A stretch of 64,000 nt of DNA from Nemertoderma westbladi. Its lineage: Eukaryota > Animalia > Xenacoelomorpha. This document shows, in pieces, positions 37,501 through 46,052 of this stretch; the first letter of the stretch is position 1, and the number at the start of each line of letters is the position of its first letter. A program made the position numbers and the translations under genes. The DNA lies in NCBI GenBank assembly GCA_032718475.1, contig JAUCBJ010002989.1, positions 1-64,000 of the forward strand, given 5' to 3'. The notes beneath the pieces were generated by a model. The model was not told the origin of the DNA, did not search any database, and saw only the letters and a list, made by a program, of their open reading frames with translations.

Positions 37501-40500
37501 GTACCCCACAGCCCAGCCTTGGGTGGCTTTACTTCACTTTTAAAATATTTATATTCCCGAGTAAAATATTATCTTCATTTCAAGGCGAATTGAGTTCAAT
37601 ATTTTTGCGTCACTAGTGTAATAATTAATTTATTTACTAATAGTTAACTAATTATTAATTTTCCATTGGTATTATTAGGAGAAAGATAAGAAGTATATGC
37701 TGCCCCTCGACTCCCTACAATTGCGCGATGTGGAACAGGGGTTCATGTCGAAGCGATATTCATTCTCGATATTCAAACCGGAAGGGGGGTGAGTTGCATT
37801 TCTTTTATCTATCATCTCTGATTTCTTTTATCCTGGATTGACCTTTTTCAAACCGGCCAGGCCGGAACCGGAGCCGGATTTGTAAAAAAAAATCCGGCCG
37901 AAATTCCGGCCAAAGCCGGATTTTTTTTATATATCACCATAAGCATTTGCACCATATAACCTACGCCGATTTGATACTTGCTTATTTGATATAATGGATT
38001 GATTTGATAAATAAAGTGCAAATTGAACTATAATAATAGCTGTAGTTTTTTATACTATCTGAGTTAAATTGTATTCACTACAGTTTCTAAATTGCCCGTC
38101 GAATATATAAACTGGTCATTCACGGTTGTAGCTTAATCTCAATTTATAACAATACCTAAACCTACATAACATCAAACATCATAGCGCTGGGACAATATAA
38201 TAATTATTGACTAGTTATAATTAGTATATGGGTTGGGTATGTACATGTATTTATTATATATTAAGTGTTAGTGAGGCTGAGTGACTACAAACGCATTGTT
38301 TATATTTTTAGCAATGTTTACAAGGATTATAAGGAACTGCAACTCTCGTGCGACAATGTTGACACCATGGAGGATTGGAAGGCGTCCTTCCTGAGGGCTG
38401 GGGTTTATCCGGAGCAGGAGAAAAAGGACCACGATGAAGTGGCAGATGTACGTGGTACCGGTGTGGGTGTTCCTGTGGTACCGGTGTGGGTGTTACTGTG
38501 GTACCGGTGTGGGTGTTACTGTGGTACCGGTGTGGTGTTACTGTGGTACCGGTGTGGGTGTTACTGTGGTACCGGTGTGGGTGTTACTGTGGTACCGGTG
38601 TGGTGTTACTGTGGTACCGGTGTGGGTGTTACTGTGGTACCGGTGTGGGTGTTACTGTGGTACCGGTGTGGGTGTTACTGTGGTACTGGTGTGTGTGCTA
38701 CTGTGGTACCGGTGTGTGTGCTACTGTGGTACCGGTGTGGGTGCTACTGTGGTACCGGTGTGGGTGTTACTGTGGTACCGGTGTGGGTGTTACTGTGGTA
38801 CCGGTGTGGGTGTTACTGTGGTACCGGTGTGGGTGTTACTGTGGTACCGGTGTGGGTGTTACTGTGGTACCGGTGTGGGTGTTACTGTGGTACCGGTGTG
38901 GGTGTTACTGTGGTACCGGTGTGGGTGCTACTGTGGTACCGGTGTGGGTGCTACTGTGGTACTGGTGTGGGTGTTACTGTGGTACCGGTGTGGGTGTTAC
39001 TGTGGTACCCGTGTGGGTACCGATATGGGTGTTACTGTGGTACTGGTGTGGGTGTTACTGTGGTACCGGTCTGGGTGTTACTGTGGTACCGGTGTGGGTA
39101 TCGGTATCGGTACCGGTGTGGGTGTTACTGTGGTACCCGTGTGGGTACCGATATGGGTGTTACTGTGGTACTGGTGTGGGTGTTACTGTGGTACCGGTCT
39201 GGTTGTTACTGTGGTACCGGTGTGGGTATCGGTATCGGTACCGGTGTGGGTATCGGTATCGGTACCGGTGTAGGTGTTACTGTGGTACCGGTGTGGGTGT
39301 TACTGTGGTACCGGTGTGGGTGTTACTGTGGTACCGGTGTGGGTGTTACTGTGGTACCGGTATGGGTGTTACTGTGGTACCGGTGTAGGTGTTACTGTGG
39401 TACCGGTGTGGGTGTTACTGTGGTACCGGTGTGGGTGCTACTGTGGTACCGGTGTGGGTGTTACTGTGGTACCGGTGTAGGTGTTACTGTGGTACCGGTG
39501 TGGGTGTTACTGTGGTACCGGTGTGGGTGCTACTGTGGTACCCGTGTGGGTACCGATATGGGTGTTACTGTGGTACCGGTGTGGGTGTTACTGTGGTACC
39601 GGTGTGGGTGTTACTGTGGTACCGGTATGGGTGTTACTGTGGTACCGGTGTAGGTGTTACTGTGGTACCGGTGTGGGTGTTACTGTGGTACCGGTTTGGG
39701 TGCTACTGTGGTACCGGTGTGGGTGTTACTGTGGTACCGGTGTAGGTGTTACTGTGGTACCGGTGTGGGTGTTACTGTGGTACCGGTGTGGGTGTTACTG
39801 TGGTACCAGTGCGGGTATCGATATGGGTGTTACTGTGGTACCGGTGTGGGTGTTACTGTGGTACCAGTGCGGGTATCGATATGGGTGTTACTGTGGTACT
39901 GGTGTGGGTGTTACTGTGGTACCGGTGTGGGTGTTACTGTGGTACCGGTGTGGGTGTTACTGTGGTACCGGTGTGGGTGTTTCTGTGGTACCCGTGTGGG
40001 TACCGATATGGGTGTTACTGTGGTACCGGTGTGGGTGTTACTGTGGTACCAGTGCGGGTATCGATATGGGTGTTACTGTGGTACTGGTGTGGGTGTTACT
40101 GTGGTACCGGTGTGGGTGTTACTGTGGTACCGGTGTGGGTGTTACTGTGGTACCGGTGTGGGTGTTTCTGTGGTACCCGTGTGGGTACCGATATGGGTGT
40201 TACTGTGGTACTGGTGTGGGTGTTACTGTGGTACCGGTGTGGGTGTTACTGTGGTACCGGTGTGGGTGTTACTGTGGTACCGGTGTGGGTGTTACTGTGG
40301 TACTGGTGTGGGTGTTACTGTGGTACCGGTGTGGGTATCGGTATCGGTACCGGTGTGGGTGCTACTGTGGTACCGGTGTGGGTGTTACTGTGGTACCCGT
40401 GTGGGTACCGATATGGGTGTTACTGTGGTACTGGTGTGGGTGTTACTGTGGTACCGGTGTGGGTGTTACTGTGGTACCGGTGTGGGTGTTACTGTGGTAC

Positions 40501-43500
40501 CGGTGTGGGTGTTACTGTGGTACTGGTGTGGGTGTTACTGTGGTACCGGTGTGGGTATCGGTATCGGTACCGGTGTAGGTGTTACTGTGGTACCGGTGTG
40601 GGTGTTACTGTGGTACCCGTGTGGGTACCGATATGGGTGTTACTGTGGTACTGGTGTGGGTGTTACTGTGGTACCGGTGTGGGTGTTACTGTGGTACCGG
40701 TGTGGGTGTTACTGTGGTACCGGTGTGGGTGTTACTGTGGTACTGGTGTGGGTGTTACTGTGGTACCGGTGTGGGTATCGGTATCGGTACCGGTGTGGGT
40801 GCTACTGTGGTACCGGTGTGGGTGCTACTGTGGTACCGGTGTGGGTGTTACTGTGGTACCGGTGTGGGTGTTACTGTGGTACCGGTGTGGGTTATCGGAG
40901 TGATTAATAATTTTAGTTAGCTAATCATGATCCTTAATATGTCTTTGTTTACAGAGCAACGAATTATCTATCGATCCTGTTCTTGATCGACAAGTGGAGA
41001 TCATTAAATCTCTCGTTGACTCTTACATGGGGATAGTAACTAAAACAATTCGGGATGTCGTACCCAAATCCATTATGTATTATATGATTAACGATGTTAG
41101 TTGGGAAGGATTTAATTATTAATAGTTGTGACTGCGGAGTTGTTTCCGCTTTACTGGCCTCTAGAATAATGAATTATTCCCTCTCCAATATAATTGTATC
41201 TGTTACAGTGTTACCCCCCTCCCCCCCATCCCTCTGCCTCTACATTTCATTATCATTTAGACGAAGGATTTTCTTTCTGCTGAACTGCTCGCCTACCTGT
41301 ACCAGTGCGGATCCCAGGACAACCTAATGGAAGAATCGGCCGAGGAGGCACAGCGGAGGGACGATCTACTCAAAATGTACCACGCGACTAAGGAGGCCCT
41401 CCAGATCATCGGGGACATCAGCACGATGACGGTGTCCGCCCCCACGCCGGCCCCGGTCGTCGAGGAATGGTTGGACGTGGCGACCAATCAAAACTCCGGT
41501 TACGGCGGTGCTAGGTAGGACGTTTTGTTGCAAACAAACAACTTTTATAATAATTGTGTTTTTAAATGTAATGTCAATAATCAACTATTTGTCTATCTAA
41601 ACCTATCAATCACAATCAAAGATCTGAAAGACCAATCATAGATATCTTAGTGAGAAGGTAAAACGGCTAACCAACCAATCACAACCCGAGGTACTTTGGG
41701 GAGTATCAGTATGACTGCGAGTCAAATGCAGTGACAAGTTAAAGTGGAAGTATACAAATGGTGTATACATATTGGGGGGTGGGGGGGGGGGGGGGGGGGG
41801 GGGTTTACAAACCCACAAGCTGGGTACACATTTCATTATTTTTAGTAATTGTAACTACTACCCACTATAGCCCGTTATCTATTCCAGAGCACCCTCCCCA
41901 CTTCCCCACGGTACCCCATCCCGAACCCAACCTCCACAATCAACCCAGTCGCGCCCTGCAGGTCGGGCTGCGCCCTCAATGCCATCGCGCCCCGCTCCAA
42001 ACATTCCCAATCGACCCACTGGTCACATGGCCGCTCCACAGATACCAAGGTCAGTTACCATAACTTATTGGTTTTTAAACAAACATTTTCTTTTATCTAA
42101 CTGTTTGTAATAACTATTAACATACTTGTGTGTAAAGTAGCACTTTGTGTGTGTGAAGATCCGAGTGCTTTGTTACATGTTACATAAAATAAAGCCACGA
42201 GGATCAGAACACTGTAAAGTACTTTGCAACAAGTATGTATGTAGTTTTATTCCAAAATTGTAACATTACGAATTGATTGTATATATACATTATAAGTGAT
42301 AGAAATTGCACAAATTATATTAGTTTCTGTATAAATAAATGTAAAAATGACATAAATTATGTTATAAATAAGTTAGCTTATATTTATGGTGGCGTTTGGA
42401 GCCATGTTAATATTTAATATAGCTACTGGTTATTAATAGCTACCGGTAGGTAATACAGTAGGCCTATCTGGCTGTCAGGTAATTAATAATAAATACCAAC
42501 TATTGTTTAGTGGTAATCCCATCATAGTAGACATGTACCCGTGACATGTACGAAAAAGCCAGCATTTAATTATCTTGATATCGGAAACTTAAGGTCCGAT
42601 TATTTAGAGCAGCAGTAGTTCCAGTACTCCTCTATGGGAGTCCATGCTGGGCTCTAACTGCTGAGGACACCAAATCTCTGCATTGCACATTCACAAGAAT
42701 GCTACGCCGGGTTCATTGTGTCAAGTACAATGCACACATCTCCAACCAGACACTGTATAACATTGGAGGTGTCTCATTGGTTCCCCAAAGCTTGACACTA
42801 GAACAAAATCGCCTCCGCTTTGCAGGACATTGCTTTCGCCGTGATGACCAGCCAGTGCATAATCTTGTACTTTGGCAGCCTCATGGAGTGAATAAGCATG
42901 GTGGACAGCCCATGACTTTCTTGAGACGCATCTTAAAGGACACTGGCCTTGAAGATGGGGATGATCTAGCAAAGGGAGTTGTGGCGGCGCAATTTTGTCG
43001 ACAAGCCGGCACAGCATTCTTAAAAATGCAGCTGCAATGCAGCATGTCAATCCTAGTAGTAGTACTTTCAGTTATTTATTATAGTATTTACTATAATATT
43101 TTCAGTTATCGCCGTAACTTTACAGCTCGCGGTCCGGACATTATAACAACAACAATACAATACTAATTGTACAGGCCAAATAAAATACAATGCTATAATG
43201 TCCTCTAAAGTTGTAAAGTGCTAAATAACAACTCGTTGTTAATACTAACGGCATTAAGTAATGTTACAATTTTGGAATAAAATTATTTGTATTGCTTATA
43301 AAATATTATTATTATTCATAAAGTTTCCGTTTCCAAAGGAATCGAATTCAAACAATTGTATGTTGAATACATTTTTGGTTCATTTCTTAATAAATTCCTT
43401 AATTTAATTGATTATCGTTAATTTACGTTTCGGTGTAGAGCTGGAAATATAACTGTCGAAAAAATCGCAACTGGCCCGAAATACTATCTTTATATCTATC

Positions 43501-43624
43501 TATCTTTAACATATTATGTTTTTCCAGACGTCCAACCACCCAACCTCCAGGTGGGCCTTCTCCAATGGACTTCCCCAACAATCTCCCTCCCCCACTGATA
43601 CCCCAACGACCGCGACCCCAGTAG
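4382..43624 (+). CDS. DNM1: Classical dynamin (GTPase-stalk-PH-GED-PRD), multi-exon gene, 5' exons outside window
   Basis: Spliced exons 4382-4531, 8164-8367, 8532-8630, 8800-8960, 11604-11746, one of [14699-14840 | 26289-26424 | 27176-27311], 29340-29704, 31418-31592, 37679-37788, 38312-38447, 40955-41095, 41261-41514, 41888-42049, 43528-43624. All are AG/GT bounded, phase-compatible and give one open frame of ~777 codons. Motifs: [21 protein letters not shown] domain, GED, PxxP tail. The symbol denotes the DNM1/2/3 (shibire) orthology group. Confidence 0.96.
4639..5187. mobile_element. hAT-type MITE
   Basis: TIR cagggatggcaaaacgaaacgaaa / tttcgtttcgttatgccatcccag. 8-bp TSD ctttgtac (4631-4638) / ctttgtat (5188-5195). 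Many aaacg subterminal repeats. Confidence 0.85.
6139..6204 (-). mobile_element. Inverted, extremely 5'-truncated copy of RTE family A 3' end nested in the same element
   Basis: 6139-6193 is the reverse complement of the element's 3' end (~7958-8011) including the TAG tail. 12-bp TSD ctcagtaaacac at 6127-6138 and 6205-6216. Confidence 0.9.
6367..7977 (+). CDS. RTE-type reverse transcriptase (536 aa open frame)
   Basis: [79 protein letters not shown] motifs typical of non-LTR RTE RT; no stops. Confidence 0.93.
   Translation: MPDNFIEVKLFESVLPDIPIGDISFAEVKAAAKSIKTNRASGVDGVPPEVFKIAECLKLIYPIIVDMYRTTRVPQEMKTNKLVPVPKKGNLTLYGSFRGISLISIAAKLYNRILLNRIRDPIERLLRGNQNGFRKGRGTMEPILALRRIIEELSKKKDRHLAVIFVDFFKAFDSVSRSRMFTILSLYGIPDEIIAAIRSVYDVSTTFVSTVDGDTEPFEVLWGVLQGDTLAPFLFIIVVDYVLRMSLDHYNGDGVMITPPAGVRGRGNPAKCLTDLDFADDLGVLSESLEGAQRLFSSLEHAASSVGLFINSRKTKILTVNFESPQQVSDRMSISSKDGMLEHVDDFCYLGSWIRKSGEDLRIRKGKAWAALNRLSRICKSPRINWKLKVRLFRAVVVPVLLYGSPCWALTAEDTKSLDGTFTRMLRRVHCVKYNAHISNQTLYNIAGVSLVPPSLTLEQNRLRFAGHCFRHEDQPVQNLVLWQPHRVNKHGGQPMTFLRRILKDTGLKDADDLANVMGDRELWRCNFVDKPAQHS
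8164..8367 (+). CDS. DNM1: Dynamin exon (GTPase G3 DLPG)
   Basis: tttcag|...CAA G|gttagt; [69 protein letters not shown]; 204 bp. Confidence 0.96.
8532..8630 (+). CDS. DNM1: Dynamin exon (GTPase G4 TKLD)
   Basis: aacag|...AGA G|gtaagt; [33 protein letters not shown]; 99 bp. Confidence 0.96.
8800..8960 (+). CDS. DNM1: Dynamin exon (GTPase C-terminal part)
   Basis: ttatag|...AAC CAG|gtacgt; [53 protein letters not shown]; 161 bp. Confidence 0.96.
8961..11191 (+). repeat. 31-bp minisatellite (~72 copies) containing a consensus 5' splice site
   Basis: Unit gtaagttggacac(gggt/cgtt/agtt)ccttaacaaaccag; starts at the exon donor. Confidence 0.97.
11368..11436 (+). pseudogene. tRNA-derived relic or SINE head
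   Basis: A-box-like cacttggtagagc, anticodon-like arm ttgga-ctttgaa-ttcga, B-box ggttcaatccc; the acceptor stem does not pair. Confidence 0.45.
11604..11746 (+). CDS. DNM1: Dynamin exon (BSE helix / hinge)
   Basis: tttcag|...CTA CA|gttagt; [48 protein letters not shown]; 143 bp, ends phase 2. Confidence 0.96.
11955..12739. repeat. 18-bp minisatellite (~43 copies) with CACGTG core
   Basis: Unit acatctaaaccacgtgtt. Confidence 0.95.
12748..14668. mobile_element. Possible non-autonomous DNA transposon remnant
   Basis: Short imperfect inverted ends taaggtgggtg / cacccacccta around AT-rich non-coding sequence; no clear TSD. Confidence 0.3.
14699..14840 (+). CDS. DNM1: Dynamin stalk exon, variant A (alternative cassette)
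   Basis: ttatccag|A ATA...TTG AAG|gtaccc; [47 protein letters not shown]; 142 bp, phase 2-0, open. Confidence 0.8.
16532..17158 (-). mobile_element. Non-LTR retrotransposon fragment (RT C-terminal/thumb region; CR1/L2-like, clade uncertain)
   Basis: Minus-strand translation [29 protein letters not shown]...[24 protein letters not shown]...; contains one in-frame stop. Confidence 0.75.
18175..18500 (+). mobile_element. 5'-truncated copy of RTE family A
   Basis: High similarity to ~7667-8015, (TAG)n tail, TSD gtatttatcacaatg at 18165-18179 and 18500-18514. Confidence 0.9.
18560..23050. mobile_element. Foldback-like element with long inverted arms built from ~21-bp subrepeats
   Basis: The left arm (18560-19050) carries degenerate ccccaaaaacaattattca-type units in the opposite orientation to the right arm. 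The outer ends are imperfect inverted copies (ataataaggctaccaattaaag... vs ...cattcaattagtggcgatattat). A short unique core lies at ~19050-19250. Confidence 0.6.
19311..22923. repeat. 21-bp minisatellite (~170 copies)
   Basis: Unit gggggatgaataattgttttt with a/g variants; source of the MNNCFWG ORF artefacts. Confidence 0.97.
23335..23846. mobile_element. Non-autonomous element with ~65-bp subterminal inverted repeats and an internal (ACG)n microsatellite (Helentron/DINE-1-like or MITE)
   Basis: 23357-23421 is the near-perfect reverse complement of 23769-23833; (acg)n at ~23712-23768. Confidence 0.7.
23987..24058 (+). pseudogene. tRNA-like pseudogene or SINE head
   Basis: Cloverleaf-like: gcctccg/tggtggc acceptor, A-box tggtgtagtgg, cctga-acgttta-tcggg arm, B-box ggttcgttcc, downstream T-run. 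It lacks U33 and has stem mismatches. Confidence 0.55.
24599..24928. mobile_element. Tc1/mariner-type MITE with TA target duplication
   Basis: TIR ccaggtgttccata...ctggccagccaaaactgccagacatgcac and its inverse ending tatggaacacccgg. TA on both sides. An empty-site paralog lies at 25351-25381. Confidence 0.85.
26289..26424 (+). CDS. DNM1: Dynamin stalk exon, variant B (most canonical cassette)
   Basis: ttcgcag|A CTC...AAG AAG|gtagtt; [45 protein letters not shown]; 136 bp, phase 2-0. Confidence 0.9.
27176..27311 (+). CDS. DNM1: Dynamin stalk exon, variant C (alternative cassette)
   Basis: ggttacag|A ATG...ACA AAG|gtgaac; [45 protein letters not shown]; 136 bp, phase 2-0, open. Confidence 0.85.
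27458..28060. repeat. 20-bp minisatellite (~30 copies)
   Basis: Unit gtggtgtccgtgacacagct. Confidence 0.95.
29340..29704 (+). CDS. DNM1: Dynamin exon (stalk/middle domain)
   Basis: tttccag|TTG...GCA AA|gtaagt; ...[18 protein letters not shown]...[12 protein letters not shown]...[15 protein letters not shown]; 365 bp. Confidence 0.97.
29781..31423 (+). repeat. 30-bp minisatellite (~55 copies) containing the 3' splice site
   Basis: Unit atattattttgttttag|tgccaggcatcgc; the last unit supplies the true acceptor at 31416-31417. Confidence 0.97.
31418..31592 (+). CDS. DNM1: Dynamin exon (stalk-PH linker and PH start)
   Basis: [58 protein letters not shown]|gttagt; 175 bp. Confidence 0.93.
32357..37385. 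repeat. 39-bp (and 37-bp variant) minisatellite, ~130 copies
   Basis: Unit taaggactgctactaagtgttcgtgcgtacactgtttca; higher-order duplication with 929-bp period (32684 vs 33613). Confidence 0.97.
37679..37788 (+). CDS. DNM1: Dynamin exon (PH domain)
   Basis: attag|GAG...GGG GG|gtgagt; [36 protein letters not shown]; 110 bp. Confidence 0.95.
38312..38447 (+). CDS. DNM1: Dynamin exon (PH domain end)
   Basis: ttttag|C AAT...GCA GAT|gtacgt; [45 protein letters not shown]; donor chosen by phase compatibility. Confidence 0.9.
38452..40892. repeat. 23-bp GT-rich minisatellite (~105 copies) filling almost a whole intron
   Basis: Unit gtggtaccggtgtgggtgttact with variant subunits. Confidence 0.96.
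40955..41095 (+). CDS. DNM1: Dynamin exon (GED)
   Basis: tttacag|AGC...AAC GAT|gttagt; [47 protein letters not shown]. Confidence 0.95.
41261..41514 (+). CDS. DNM1: Dynamin exon (GED/BSE, PRD start)
   Basis: catttag|ACG...GCT AG|gtagga; [71 protein letters not shown]... Confidence 0.93.
41888..42049 (+). CDS. DNM1: Dynamin exon (proline-rich domain)
   Basis: attccag|A GCA...CCA AG|gtcagt; [54 protein letters not shown]. Confidence 0.88.
42583..43064 (+). mobile_element. 5'-truncated copy of RTE family A
   Basis: High similarity to ~7523-8015 with small indels; (TAG)n tail. Confidence 0.9.
43528..43624 (+). CDS. DNM1: Dynamin terminal coding exon (PRD)
   Basis: tttccag|A CGT...; [31 protein letters not shown] with TAG at 43622-43624. 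Confidence 0.87.
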
Positions 43625-44298
43625 ACCCAAGGACCCCCTCGGAGGGGCTGAGGAGTATCCATCCACACTAATACAGCACTGGTTTCCAGCCATCCCTTTA
43701 ATAATAATAACTCACTGTTCTAGTTAGTTTCGATGTAAACTAGTTCCCGTATTTGGGGAGTTTTGCAGTCTATTCTTTTTGTTTTGGTTTGGAGCGACTT
43801 TCGTGCTATGTTTATTGAGTCGCTATAGAAACCGTAGGCAATCCAGACCCCATTAAACATCTCCGCGTTTCCTCATCCACCAACCCCCACACATCTCCAA
43901 ATATTAATTATATTTTTCCGTTATTGCATATGTTAAGCGCGCGTCGCATATTTTTTCGCTATTATGTAATAATAGTTGAACCCGAAAAGTATTCGATGTA
44001 AATAAAGTAGCACTTCAGTATTGGGTGTGAATGTTTCCACGAACGAGCTAGGCGAGTGGGTGAAATATGAAACGAGATCCTGAAAGTGAAATACTGGTAC
44101 TTTATTTAAATCGAATATGTCGTTTTATTTTCAAGTTATAACTTTTATTAATTAAAAATCATATATTATACCCGCCCGGCTCCTTGTGTTGTATGCATCT
44201 GTGGTGAAAAACTTTCTGTTACGCCTACCTTGGCGTGACCGTAGAATACGGTATAGTCATACTGAAAGAATATTGCTACTTTATTTCACGCCGTCTGG

Positions 44299-44479
44299 AC
44301 TAAACGAAACGTTTGTTGGTTTGGTTTCCTCCCTGCACTAAACGAAACGTTTGTTGGTTTGGTTTCCTCTCTGCACTAAACGAAACGTTTGTTGGTTTGG
44401 TTTCCTCTCTGCACTAAACGAAACGTTTGTTGGTTTGGTTTCCTCTCTGCACTAAACGAAACGTTTGTTGGTTTGGTTT
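44299..44479. repeat. 38-bp tandem repeat (~5 copies)
   Basis: Unit actaaacgaaacgtttgttggtttggtttcctctctgc at 44299, 44337, 44375, 44413, 44451. Confidence 0.92.
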
Positions 44480-45968
44480 GCCCTTCCGTGTAGGTGGACT
44501 TTTTCCGATGTTCCCTTCGCAGTATTTAGTCCAAACGGATAATTTTCACAATTATTTTATTTCCAAATTAGTATTTGAATGTTGGGCTGTAGGATACGCG
44601 CTAAAAATACAAAATACTGTATATATAATGTTATTTTATTGAAATGACATTATTTGTATAATTTAAATTATATCGCGAAACTTCGGCGAATACTAACTTT
44701 TTACCTGCTAAATTATATTAATTTTGATCTAAATACGCTTACAAATACTTAGAAACTATTATTAAACATCTCACTCTGTTTTAAATGGCGCAAAATGACC
44801 CAAACTCAAATTGTTTCATATTCGACTATTAGGCCTAATTTGCGGTGAATATGAAGTTTAGGTTCGGTCAATTTGCGCCAGTATTTGTGCGTAAAATCGC
44901 CTCAGTTATTAAAATTTCACATCATCTGAACCGGCGCTAGTCAGAATAAACTAGGTACCGTAATTTTGCTTGTTATTCGGTATAATACTGTAAACTATAT
45001 TTAATTTTGCGTGTTGCAACGATTTTTAGCGACGATTTGCGTGACATTACCGGATATTTAATTGAAAATTTTCTATAAAAAAACGTATTCTCGTAAAATA
45101 AACCTGCGTAATTCAAAGAGATTCATTTGTGTGAAATTTAAATGGATATTATTAATTTTTTTGATTCTAGACTATTTATTACATGTAATTTCAAGCCTTC
45201 CCAATGCTCATTACATAATTGAGTTCAGTTCCACATAATTATTATTATTTAAAGTTGAATTGGCCGATCTTAATTACACTTTGTGGCCGTGGATATATAT
45301 TTTGCGAATGCAGTAAAAAATACATTCCAGATATATTATGGTAGATCTATAAGTAAATACATGTAAAACCATCGAATATTATAAAGGAGATTGTGTGGGA
45401 CTAAGTATTTTACGTTTTTTTTTATTTTAATGGATTTGATTTGATCAGCCTACGGTTGTATTCACAGGGTTCTGGCAGATCCTAAATTGAATATCTTTTA
45501 AATTCCAGTTTCCTTCAATGTTAAGTATTTCATTTAAAAGTGGCATGATTTCATGACTTTTAATTGTCAGACTTCAGCGGTGCATGTTTGGGACATTGTG
45601 ACACACTATAGTAACTGCGCAATGGAAAGTCTACATTTTGTTTACATGTTTCTATAGTAATGCTTAGATTAAGATAACGTCGTCAATTTATATGTATATT
45701 ATAGTTGCCGTGTATTTTATGAATATTAAATTTGTTCTGTTTCAGTTTTACATAATATAATAATAACTTAGTATTCAAGGTGCGAAGCATTGAGCTTCCC
45801 TTAGCTATCATAATTAATGTTATTGTTACTTTATTTAATTAATAAATTGATCATCAATAGTTAATAATAATTTATAGTTTAATTTGTTTTTTTCAGATTT
45901 GTTATATCTTTATCAAATTATCACATAATAACTATGTGAGGTCATTGTTCATAAAATATCATAAAATA

Positions 45969-46052
45969 GGAGAGGCTAGTTGACTTTTAGTCCAGATTGG
46001 CGGTGGCATTCCCCCTTTCAGCATCCGGTTGCAAACATCCAATAATGGTCTG
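45969..46052 (-). mobile_element. RTE family B RT fragment forming the edge of the satellite
   Basis: ggagaggctagttgacttttagtccagattggcggtggcattccccctttcagcatccggttgcaaacatccaataatggtc aligns to 2722-2805 (MLKGEKPPPIWNKSQL vs MLKGGMPPPIWTKSQL). Confidence 0.9.

Noticed and set aside
38434-40920. Cys/Gly/Val-rich ORFs in three frames
   Set aside because: 23-bp repeat artefact; only 38312-38447 of the 38265 ORF is real dynamin exon.
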